Assembly: GCA_038087875.1 (NCBI GenBank)
Contig: CM075997.1
Location: forward strand, 4,156,001 to 4,220,000
Length of the DNA: 64,000 nt
From: Malacoraja senta
Lineage: Eukaryota
Reading direction: 5' to 3'
Shown: in pieces, positions 25,135 to 37,500 of the stretch
How positions within the stretch are numbered: position 1 is the stretch's first letter
How the letters are laid out: every line of letters begins with the position of its first letter
Position numbers and translations under genes: made by a program
Notes under the pieces: model-generated
What the model was told of the DNA's origin: nothing
The model's database searches: none
What the model saw: the letters and a program-made list of their open reading frames with translations, nothing else

Positions 25135-28100
25135 AAAATTAAAATAATAAATGACGAACAAAAACATATTAATAAAAATAAAAGGATTTGTTCTACATTT
25201 GGATTCATTCAAAAGGCCGCACTTAATGGCCTAGAAGGCCGCAGGTTCCTCACCTCTGGTCAAGAGTTTTATTGTCATGTGTTCCAGAATTTAATTGACC
25301 TATCTGGGACACATGATAATAAAACTCTCTTGACTCTTGATAGGATGCTTTCTACGTTGCATTTATAGAAATTCCTGGGAGTCACCTACTTGACACCTTG
25401 GAACCTGCGGAGACACGCTGAATTTCTTTAGCCTTCTGAAAAAGGGTCTCGACCCGAAATGTCTCCCATTTCATCTCTCCTGAGATGCTGCTTGTCCCCG
25501 CTGAGTTACTCCAGCATTTTGTGTCTAACTTTGAGGAAATAGAAGCATTGCTGTGTTTTGGGTTTTTTTGGGGGGGGAAACAAAAGAGGGATAGCTAGCG
25601 TAGGATACTGTAACCGCGTCCTTTATGTGACGAATATTGCACACCTTGGGTATGCAAGCAATGGTCACTGTGACATTACATGTGACAATCAATTATTCAA
25701 TTCAATGTGGCTGGACCAGTTCAAATTGTTGATGGTATTTCCCGATAGGAACTTGACGCTCTTCTTCTTCTTTTGTGTGGCGTGCACAGCCTAAAGTTGT
25801 TGGACAACTTATTCTATTTGATCTTCCGTTTGTGCACGTCGAGTAGATTGCATTAGTCGAAACAGATTGCAATCTTCCACCCCGAAGCTCTCAACATTTG
25901 CTATTACAGTAACTGACGTAGAATTGAATGCCAAGTTTTTACCTGTCATCAGAGCAGTATGATGGATCATAAAATACTTAGCCACATAATTGGCACCTTT
26001 GAATCTGCTGAGTTGGCAGATGCATGGAAAAATAAATGCCTTGCTGAAATCAATGAAAAATGCTATATTTTTACGTGGACTGAAAGATGCAGAATGGAAA
26101 CAAGCCCTGCAGCCCACACCAACCATCAATTCCCCATTCACAATAGTTCTACATTATCCCACTTTCCCATCCACGAGGGACAATTTACAGAGGGGCAATT
26201 AACCTACAAACCTGCACGTCTTTGGGATGTGGGAGGAAACCCAGTCACGTGGAGCACGTGCAAACTCCGCAAGCAAAGCATCCAAGGTCGGGATCAAACC
26301 CAGCTCTCTGGTGTTGCGAGGTAGTAGCTTTACCAGCTGCTCCATTGTGTTGCTCATTACAAGTTTATTTTAAAAATTTGCATATCTAAAGAGAAAGTGT
26401 TTTTTAATAAAACTTTATGTTTTTTATAAAACTTACTTCCTCTTTAGATATGCAAATTTGTTGTCAAGATCTTGCAGACATCTTCAACATCTCACTAGTT
26501 AGGTCCGATGTGCCTACCTGCTTTAAAAGGACATCAATAGTATCAGTGCATGCAACAGCTTTTCACTGTACCCTGGTACACGTGACAATAAACTAAACTA
26601 ACTAAGGTGACATGCCTCATTGATTACCACTAGTGGCACTGATGTTCCTGCTGATGAAGTGCTTGACTGGTTTATTATGATACATATCCGGTCTCATCTT
26701 AGTAAGGACCTGGACACACCATAATTCACCTACCGCCACAGATTGCAACCTTCACGCGGTCTGCCCTGTTTCGATGAATGCAATCAACCTGGTGTGCACA
26801 ATCAAATAAGATCAAATAGAACAAGTTGTCCTACAACTTTAAGCTGTGCACGCCATACGCAAGAAGACCTACCGCCACAGTACAAGGGATATGATATTGT
26901 TGGCTCTCCATTCTGCATTGGGCAATAAAAACCAAAGATCCTATAGCAAGCAAGATAGTGCACTCCTGCTAAAACCAATGGGCTGATATGTAGTACGCAA
27001 CGGGGCGGAACGCCGGCCATTTCAGTAACCCGACCCGACTTTGTATATCCCTCTCGCAGTGTAATCAGTGTTGCGGGGGAACAGTTTGTGTGTGTGATTA
27101 AAGGGTTAGATTCATGATTCATAATTCTGTTATTTTTTGTTAATGATTAATATGTAAATAAATTATAATTTTTAATGTTTTGGATTCAAAGCCCCGGGAT
27201 TGGGATCGGACTGTGCAAGGGTGGAGGGGGCACTGAGGGCAAAGAGGCTGTGCCCACTTGGCAGTGTAAAAGGGGAGACTTTTCCAATCCACGCTTCCCT
27301 CTTTCTGTCTCCGCTGTGTCTTTTCGAAATTGGTTTATTTTTTCCGCAAATGAGAGAAAGGCGGAGTGAGCGAGAGTGAGGGGCTGCAGCTTGCACCAAC
27401 CGAAGGCAGAGAGAAAATGAGAAGATTTTTACCAAAGATCTTTGATTTTTACGAGGATGTTTCCGTAACCGGCTTCCGTCTCCGCACTAGATATCTTTGC
27501 TCAGCTATGGCGGACGAAGATGGTGGAGACGGAAGCTGGTTACGGAAATGGGGCCGAAGATTCCCCATGAATCTGTCCATGACCCTACTACGTCTTTTTC
27601 GTCGAGTGGGCTATCTTGCTCGCTATAGGATCTTTGATAAGAACATGTACGTCAGGCTGCTTGCTGTTCACCAACTACAGCTAGGACTTCAACAACATCG
27701 TCCCCTCCAAACTTATCAAACTCCGGGAACGGGGTCTCTGCTCATCCCTATGCAACTGCATCTTAACTTCCTCATCGACAGATCACAATCAGTACATATT
27801 TGTAACATTTATCCTTCTCCATAACCATCAACCCAGCAGCACCTCAAGGCTGTGTGCTGCATGCTCAGTCCCCTGCTCTACTCACTCTATACCACTGAGT
27901 GTGTAGCCAGACTCAGCTCAAATATCATCTTTAAATTTGCCGATGATACCACCATCGTTGGACAAATAATGGATGGCGATGAGACTGAATACAGGAGAAA
28001 GATTGAAAATCTGACTTGCCGCAACAACCTGGCAACATCAACAATCTTGCTCTCAACAACGGTTCAATGTGCTTTATGTGCTTAATGTTTTATTATTATT

Positions 28101-28949
28101 AATGTTTAGTGTTTTCTGAGACATTCGTAACTGTCACTGTATGTCATGTTGTTACTTGTGGGCGGAGCACCAAGGCAAATTCCTTGTATGTGAATACTTG
28201 GCCAATAAACTTACTTACTTATTGTCACATGTGCAATGCAGTGAAATTATTTTAGATCACATGCGCAAGTCGCCATATTTAGGCAACATTTAGAGTCCAA
28301 CTGCTTGATGTACTGGAACGGCTCCCGATCCAGGCAAGCCCCAGGCTGTTGCAGTGCCTCCTCCGTCGCCCTCGACCGGCTCGGCCCCGCTAACCATCAT
28401 CCCTCTCCTTGAGTGCCGGTGGTACCTCCTGCAGCCGACCTTGAAGGCGCTGGAGGAAATACCCTGGTCCCTCTCCCAGCGTCCGTCGTCACCGGCGGCT
28501 CCCTCCTCCTCAGCTCTCCGGCCTTCGGGGCTGAGATCTGCGGCGTCCAAGCATCCCCCCTGCAGGCCGTGGCCCGCTGGGTCTTTCTTCGCGGAGGCAA
28601 GCCAGTCCGGGGGGTGGGTGGGGGGCCTTGGCCGAATCCCCTTCAGGCCGAGGCCTGCCAGGTCTTCCTTCGTCCGGCCACTGGGCGGGTTCCCAGCTCC
28701 GTGGAAACTTCAGGAGCCTGATCCCAGATCATCAGCAAGACCAAGGAGCTGGTTGCTGATCTTCAGGCGTGGAAAGCCTGGGATCCGTCCGCCATCATCG
28801 AGGGGGCGGCAGTGGGGAGAATAAACAGAAGATGGGTCTTGACCCAAAACGTTGCCTATTTCCTTTGCTCCATAGATGCTGCCTCGCCCGCTGAGTTTCT
28901 CCAGCATTTTTGTCTATCTAAGGTGAATCGAATAGTACCTTAACTTATG

Positions 28950-30230
28950 GAATGACTGTTCAAAAGCCAGAAAGCTAGTCAAAACTCTCATCTGCTCCTC
29001 TCTCCGACACCTTGTACCCTCTTCAGTTTGCGTATAGACCAAACAGGGCCACGCACGATGCCATCGCCATGGCAACTCACACTGTGCTCACCCACCTGGA
29101 CATATATGAGAATGCTCTTCATTGACTACAGCTCGGCATTCAACACTATCATTCCCTCAAAACTCGTCCCCAAGCTCCTTGATCTTGGACTGGAGGCCTC
29201 CATCTACGGCTGGATATTCGACTTCCTGACGGGCAGGCAGGCCCCAGGTGGTGAGAATTACCAGCCACACCTCTTCCTCACCGATCGTCAACACAGGTGC
29301 ACCATAGGGTTGTGTGCTCAGTCCTGTCCTGTACTCCCTGTTCACGCACGACTGTACTGCTAAGCACATCTTAAAGATTGCTGACGACACGACCATCCTG
29401 GGCCTCATCACAGACAATAATGAGAGCCTATAGAGAGGAGGTAAAGGCACTAAACAGCTGGTGCCAGGAAAATAACCTCTCTCTCAATGTCAGCAAAACT
29501 AGAGATGATCGTGGACTACAGGAGACAGCGGGGGAGTGGACACCTCCCCATCCACATCGGTGATGCTGAGGTTGAAAGGGTCAGCAGCTTCAAGTTCCTC
29601 GTTGTGCACTTCACTGAGGACCTCTCTTGGTCACTGCACATGGACACAATAACTAAGAAAGCTCTTTTTCCTAAGAAGACTGAGGAAGTTTGGCATGAAC
29701 GCCAGCATCCTCACAAACTTCTAGTTGCACCATCGAGAGCCTGCTGACGGGCTGCATCAGTCTGGTACGGGAACTGTTCTCCCACAGCCACAAATCACTA
29801 CACAGAGTGGTGAAGGCGGCACAGCACATCACTGGCAACTGTCTCCTGGCCATTCAGGACATTTTCCACCGGCGGTGCCTGCGGAAGGTACACAGCATCA
29901 TCAAGGACCACAGCCACCCAGCACACAGACTGTTCACCTTGTTACCGTCAGGCAGACGATATAGGAGCATGGCTGCACGCACCACCAGACTTAAGAACAG
30001 TTTTTATCATCATGCCATCAGGCTTCTGAACTCATAAACACATCATATATGCTAATTATTTTGTTTATTATTGTCTTTTACCTACCAATGTCACTTTTAT
30101 CTTATCTTATTTTGATCCTTGTAATATCATTGCTGAGGTGACCCGTTGTCTAGTCAAACACATTTCATTGTACCCTTGACCCCGTGTTAACCTACATATG
30201 ACAAATAAAACTTAACTGAACTGAACTGAA
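28950..30230 (+). mobile_element. Rex1/Babar LINE 3' fragment
   Basis: Peptides [28 protein letters not shown] and HPAHRLFTLLPSGRRYRS; (ACTGA)n tail. Confidence 0.85.
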
Positions 30231-31144
30231 AACAGAGAAGATGTTCCCAAGTCTGACAGTGCATACTTCAAGTTTCTATACCTTCTGCCGGATGGCAGCA
30301 GGGAGAAATAATGACCGGGTGAGACAAGTATTTGATTACGTCAGCTGTTTTTCCCGGGCAGCGTGAAGTGTAGATGGAGTTAGACAGTGAGAAAGGAAAT
30401 TTTGTTTCGTGACACTAATGCCAGTGAAGGAGCAATTCAATATAGTTAAAGTCATGTACATAGATTATAAAACAGTACAGCACTGGAACAGGCCTTGTGC
30501 AATGTCCAAGCCAAACATGATGCCAAGTTAAACTAATCTCATCTGCCTGTACATGATCCACATCCCTCCATATCCATGCACCTAAAAAGACTTAAATGTC
30601 AGTATAATCTTTGCCTCCAACACTGCTACCCCAGGAAGCGCGTTCCAGCCACTCACTGCCCTCTGTGTAAAAACTGTGTAAACACAGCCCACTTGGATGG
30701 AAAATTCATAGATGTTCCATTCTTTTAGTGAAGACATTTCTTCTCTCAGTCAACCTCTTACGTTGAGGGTGTGACACCTAGTTTCAGACAGCTCAGCCAC
30801 AATCAACATCAATATCTCTCCCCATTAAGCTCTATAAGCACTTTGTTCGTCGATGGAAAACCTCCACAAGGAAGGAAGGCTGGCATGGGTGCAGCTCATT
30901 TTATAACACTGATTTACTAGTGCTTCCTGCCCTTTTTAGATTTACTTTCAATTTGGTTTGACTCATCTTTTATTCCCCATTCTGTTCCTAAATTTTATTT
31001 TGTTTGGTCTTTCTGAGTTATCTTTCATTTAAGTCAAAGCCTCATTCACAATCTCTTTTGCACCCCAAGAGTCTAGTGTATTTCCAAATTTTCATGGTTC
31101 CCCAAATGAGAGATTACTAGGAGTCACAAAGACTAAAAGAATCA

Positions 31145-31150
31145 TTTATT
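31145..31150 (-). terminator. Putative polyadenylation signal (AATAAA) of the hnRNP L-like gene
   Basis: First AATAAA on the minus strand, about 305 nt after the stop, followed by a T/GT-rich tract (ttcttttagtctttgtg). Confidence 0.55.
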
Positions 31151-31455
31151 AATACTTTGTAGCTGTAACATAAATAGTGTACGGTATTAAGCAGTGCAGG
31201 AATTTTCCAATTATTAAACAAGTTGAAATAGTTGCTCGTACATACTAACCACTAAGTCACATTCCACATTTTACTAACCATTCATTCATGGGAAAACTAA
31301 AAAAAACCTGCCCTTTAACTGGAGAACATACAATTCCATTTCATGGGTTACCACATGTTACAGCATTTAAATGATAAAAAAAAACAAGTTGGAACAAAAC
31401 CGGATACATCAAAAGCAATGATCAGCCTTGTGTCTGCTCCCACATCAGGATCGTG

Positions 31456-31502
31456 TTAGGCAGTCGAGAAACACAGCTTCAGTGTGTACAGGTCGGGCCC
31501 AT
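31456..31502 (-). CDS. HNRNPL: hnRNP L-like terminal coding exon (coding part)
   Basis: cccaacag|AT GGG CCC GAC CTG TAC ACA CTG AAG CTG TGT TTC TCG ACT GCC TAA; encodes DGPDLYTLKLCFSTA*. Confidence 0.95.
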
Positions 31503-34500
31503 CTGTTGGGAGTTTTCAGAGTAAAAATAGAGACACAGACACAACATCAGTGGAGAACATAGACATCAAATATGACTAATACACATTTCCAAAACAATAC
31601 ATTGATATGTAAATGTACGACCTGAGTTTGAAACAGTATCCTAGCAAGTGGAATCGAGAACCAGAAGACATAGGTTTTAGATAAGGGTGTAAAGATTTAA
31701 TAGGAACCTGAAGGCAGAGCTGCCAAGTTTTGTCACATTTCAGTATTCTAACATCTGAAAATCAATATTTTGCTGAGGAAATCAGTATTTTTACGCAGTA
31801 CCATTTTGCTGAAAAAAATGTTTTTTTATGTGCGGTCATACCCATGTAAGAGTACAAGAATGCATAACTTTGCTACCACTTGACATGTCTTCTACGCACC
31901 TTACTTGGCAGTGCATTCATTGCCATCTCTTTGTATACTTCTGTTTGAATGGCTGCTTCCTGCTTTTAGCACTAGATGATGATGTAGAAGCCATTTTGGA
32001 AGCCTCCCTCCCTCGCTCTCTCTCTCCTTCCTCGCTTTCCCTCCCTCTCTCCTACCCTCCCTCCCTCTCCCTCCCCCTTTCCCTCCCTCCTTCCTTTTTT
32101 TCTCCCTCCCTCTTATTCCCTCCCTGAACAGTCTGTGACCCATAGCGCTGCGGCCATAGCGCTATGTGTAAAGGCAATAGCACTCCAGCTGGTAGCGTTA
32201 TAATTAGAACCCATTGTGCCATTCGTTCAAATTCCCACACATTAAACTGTTTAAACCTGTAGCGGGACAGGCAGATCAAAGCTTACAAAAATAATCATCC
32301 AGATCTTGAAATTTAAAATACTAATAGATTTAATCTGCTATAATTTTTAGAGTTACAGTATGACTTATTATATCCTTGCATTTAAGCAGCAAGATGAAAC
32401 AAGAAGTCAGGCCGATTTAAAAAAAATCTGTATTTTACAAAGCAAATCCATACATCTGTATTCTTATCGCATTTCCACACAAAATACGGTAAATCCGTAC
32501 TACTTGGCAGCTCTGTGAATGGTAACTTTTGCCCACTAAGGGTGTTGAGTGCATGGAACGAGCTGCCAGAGGAGGAAGTTATGGCAGGTACATTTAGACT
32601 ACATTTAGAGGGATACGAGCCTAACACAGGCAGGTGGGACCAGTGTAGATGGGGCATGTTGGTTGGTGCGGGCAAGTTGGGCCAAAGGGCCTATTTCCAC
32701 ACTGTGTGACTCTATATGTAGCATATTTTATTTTTACGATAGCTTAGCACTGAATAGTCATAAAAATAGAAACCTCTCCATCTACCATATGGAACTTAAC
32801 TATTAAATAACTTTATTAGGCCGCACCCACCCAGCTTCTGCCCCAAGCCATGTCTTGTTCATGTTCTGAAGAAGCAAATGACTGATCAATATTCAGATAC
32901 TTAAACGTTTTCCATTTGGCATTTATTAATATGCCTGGTTATAAGCTAAAATATCAATGCCATCCCCCTCACCTTCCACCACATCCAGTGACATTCCCCT
33001 TCATATTACATAATGTACTTTTAAAAAAAAGGTACATTGCTCACTCAATATGCTGGATTTTATATTTATTGTGTTAAAATCAATGAGATAACTTTTAAAC
33101 AACAATGCAAAGTCAAGAATCCTTTGCACAGTCCAGCTCATTATGGAATCAATGTCAGAATTCATAATCGAAGAATGTACCTGGATTTTTTATCCTGTAG
33201 TGATTAAGCATAACCAGTGCCTCAAATGCATCACACTTTGATTCAAACTCCAGGAGCCCAGAAGAGCTTTTCTCACCTGCAAGACAAAAAATTTGAGTAA
33301 GTTAATAACACTTTAGGATTTAATTGCTTACATATAAGCCCCATTGCCAATATCAATTGAAGATTGAAGAGGGAAAAAGCATTCAAAATGTGATCATGGC
33401 TCATCATCCCCAATCAGTACCCCGTTCCTGCCTTCTCCCCATATCCCCCGACTCTGCTATCTTTAAGAGCCCTATCTAGCTCTCTTGAAAGTATCCAGAG
33501 AACTGGCCTCCACCGCCCTCTGAGGCAGAGAATTCCAGACTCACAACTCTCTGTGAGAAAAAGTGTTTCCTCGTCTCCCTGGTACACACCTGCACTTCGT
33601 AAGCTGAAACAGATTGGTCGCCGGCTTGAACGACTCATAAAGAAATCACCTCTCACAGTCCACCATGAAGCTTACAAACTCCACCTCACTGCCTACAAAG
33701 ATGCCCTCATTGCTGCTAAATCCGCCTACCTCTCCTCCATATTCACCGACCCCTGCCTAAACCACAGAACCCTCTTCTCCACAGTGTGCAACCTCCTCAA
33801 GCCTCGAGCCAACACTCTCCCCTACCTCCACTCCGGATCTCTGCAACTCATTCCTCCACTTTTTTGCTGACAAAATCAGCACCATCTGTCAATCTTTATC
33901 CCCTCTACCCGACTCCCCAGCATCTACTCCACCACCTACCAAGGCCCCTCCTTTCAACATCTTCGCTGACCTCCTTACCCCTCCTCCTCACTGCTTCCTC
34001 TCCCTGTTTGACCCGGTCACCCCTACTGAAATCTCCAAACTCATCAGCTCTTCCAAACCCACTACCTGCTCCCTCGACCCTCTCCCCACTCCCCTGCTGA
34101 AGTCCTGCCTCCCCGCTCTCTGCCCCTACCTCACTAATCTCTTCAACTCCTCATTGTCCCAAGGAATTGTCCCCTCTGCTTTCAAAACTGCTGTTGTCAC
34201 ACCAATCTTAAAGAAACCTGGTCTTGATCCCTCCTCTCTCATTAACTACCGCCCTATCTCAAACCTCCCCTTTCTTTCAAAAACCCTGGAGCGTATCGTC
34301 GCGTCACAACTTCATTCCCACCTCCTCGCGTATAACCTATTCGAACCCCTCCAATCTGGCATTCGCCCCCTCCATAGCACAGAAACTGCTCTCCTCAAAG
34401 TCCTCAATGACCTCCTTACCTCTGCTCACTCAATATCCTCATCCTCCTCGACCTGAGTATACCGTGAACCATAACATCCTGCTCACCAGACTTAGGGACC

Positions 34501-37500
34501 TTGGCATTGAAGGTTCTGCACTCAGCTGGCTCCGTTCCTACCTTTCCAACCGATCCCACTTCATTTCTCTCCACAACCACACCTCTGCCACAGTCACTGT
34601 CACTCAAGGCGTTCCCCAAGGCTCCGTTCTTGGTCACCTCCTCTTCATCATCTACATCCTCCCCCTTGGTCATATACTCCGTCACTTCAACCTGGACTTC
34701 CACTGCTATGCTGATGACACCCAGATCTATCTCAGCACCAAATCCCCCCACCACCCCCCTCTCTCCCATATCAACTCCTGCCTGTCAGCCATCAAATCTT
34801 GGATGCAACTCAACTTCCTTAAATTAAACAGTAACAAAACAGAATTTCTCCTCATTGGCTCCAAATCAACACTCACTAAAATTAACAACCCCACTCTCAC
34901 TATTGACGGCACCACTGTCTCCCCATCTCCTCAGGCCCGCAACCTTGGCGTGATCTTTGACTCAACCCTCTCCCTTGAGCCTCACATCCGCCATGTTGAC
35001 AAAACATCATTTTTTCACCTCCGCAACATTGCCAAAATCAGATCCTCTCTGAAAGACTCATCCATGCCTTCATCTCCTCCCGACTGGACTACTGTAACTC
35101 TCTTCTCTTTGGCATCAATTCCAGCAACATCAACCGACTCCAACTGGTCCAGAATGCTGCCGCCCGACTCATTACCCACACCAAATCCTGGCACCACATC
35201 ACCCCAGTTCTCAAAGAACTTCACTGGCTTCCCATTTCCCACCGGATCATCTACAAAATCCTGGTCCTCACCTACAAAGCCCTCAACCACTTGGCCTCCC
35301 CTTATCTCACTGACCTCCTCTCCTCCTACCAACCCTCACGGTCCCTCAGATCCACATCAGCTGGTCTCCTCTCCACTCCGAAATCAAACCTCTGCACTTT
35401 TGGAGGCAGAGCCTTCTCCAGGGCAGCTCCCAGGCTCTGGAATTCCCTCCCACAACTGATCCGAAATTTTGAGTCCCTCACCATCTTCCAGTCCCGCCTC
35501 AAGACCCATCTCTTCACCTCTGCATACCCTTAGTCCCATGTCCCCCTCCCCTTTGCATCTCTGTCTTACTGCTCTATTTTGTTTTGTTTTTTTGACTCTC
35601 AATGTAAAGCGACTTTGAGTTCTTGAAAAGCGCTATATAAATGTATTATTATTATTATTATTAAATGGCTTACCCCTTATTCTTAAACTGTGGCACCTGG
35701 TTCTGGACTCGGCCAACATCGGGAACATGTTTCCTGCCTCTAGCGTGTCCAAACCCTTAATAATCATATATGTTTCAATAAGATTCCCTCTCATCCTTCG
35801 AAACTCCAGAGTGCACATGCCCAGCTGCTCCATTCTCTCAGCAAATGACAGTCCCGCCATCCCGGGAATTAACCTTGTAAACCTGCGCTGCACTCCCTCA
35901 ATAGCAAGAATGTCCTTCCTCATATTAGGGGACCAAAACTGCACACAATACTCCAGGTGTGGTCTCACTAGGGCCCTATACAACTGCAGAAGGATCTCTT
36001 TGCTCCTATACTCAACTCCTCTTAAGGGCCAACATGCCATTTGCTTTCTTCACTGCCTGCTGTACCTGCATGCTTATTTTCATTGACTATGAACAAGGAC
36101 CCCCAGATCCCATTGTACTTCCCCTTTTCCCAACTTGACACCATTTAGATAGTAATCTGCCTTCCTGTTTTTGCTACCAAAGTGGATAACCTCACATTTA
36201 TTCACATTAAACCGCATCTGGCATGCATCTGCCCACTCACCCAACCTGTCCAAGTCGCCCTGCATTCTCATAGCATCCTCCTCACAGTTCACACTGTCAC
36301 CCAGCTTTGTGTCATCTGCAAATTTGCTAATGTTACTTTGAATCCCTTCATCTAAATCATTGATGTATATTGTAAATAGCTGCGGTCCCAGTACCGAGCC
36401 TTGCGGTACCCCACTAGTCACTGCCTGCCATTCTGAAAGGGACCCGTTAATCCCTGCTCTTTGTTTCCTGTCTGCCAACCAATTTTCTATCCATGTCAGC
36501 ACTCTACCCCCAATACCATGTGCCCTAATTTTGCCCACTAACCTCCTATGTGGGACCTTATCAAATGCTTTCTGAAAGTCCAGGTACACTACATCCACTG
36601 GCTCTCCCTTGTCCATTTTCCTAGTTACATCCTTAAAAAATTCCAGATTAGTCAAGCATGATTTCCCCTTCATAAATTCACGCTGACTCGGACCGATCCT
36701 GTTACTGCTATCCAAATGTGCGGCTATTTCATCTTTTATAATTGACTCCAGCATCTTCCCCACCACCGATGTCAGGCTAACTGGTCTATGATTCCCTGTT
36801 TTCTATCTCCTGCCTTTCTTAAAAAAGTGTGATAACATTAGCTACCCTCCAATGCACAGGAACTGATCCTGAATCTATAGAACATTGGTAAATGAACACC
36901 AATGCATCCACGATTTCTGGAGCCACTTCCTTAAGTACCCTGGGATGCAGACCATCAGGCCCTGGGGATTTATCAGCCTTCAGTCCCATCAGTCTTCCCA
37001 ACACCATTTCCTGCCTAATGTGGATTTCCTTCAGTTCCTCCGTCACCCCAGATCCTCTGGCCACTAGCACATCAGGAAGATTGTTTGTGTCCTCCTCAGT
37101 GAAGACGGATCCAAAGTACCTGTTCAACTCATCTGCATTTCCTTGTTCCCCATAATAAATTCACCTTTTTCAGTCTTCAAGGGTACAACTTTCATCTTAA
37201 TTAATTTTTTCCTCTTCATTTTTACTATCCTCCTTTAAATTCTTGGCTAGCTTACCTTCGTACCACATCTTTTCTCCCCGTATTGTCTTTTTAGTTATCT
37301 TCTGTTGCTCTTTAAACATTACCCAATCCACTTGCTCCCTGCTCATCTTTGCTATGTTGTACTTCTTTTTTAATTTTATACTGTTCCTGACATCCCTTGT
37401 CAGCCACGGTCGCCCCTTACTCCCCTTGGAATCTTTCTTCCTCTTTGGAATGAGCTGATCCTGCACCTTCTGTATTATTCCCAGAAATACCTGCCATTGT

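Larger units (their letters stand above)
9718..28538 (+). repeat. Tandem segmental array: copy 1 9718-14999, copy 2 15000-21765, copy 3 21766-28538 (period 6766 bp between copies 2 and 3)
   Basis: Identical ORF calls recur at offsets of 6765-6766; junction gagat|caagctatgag at 15000 and 21766. Confidence 0.95.
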
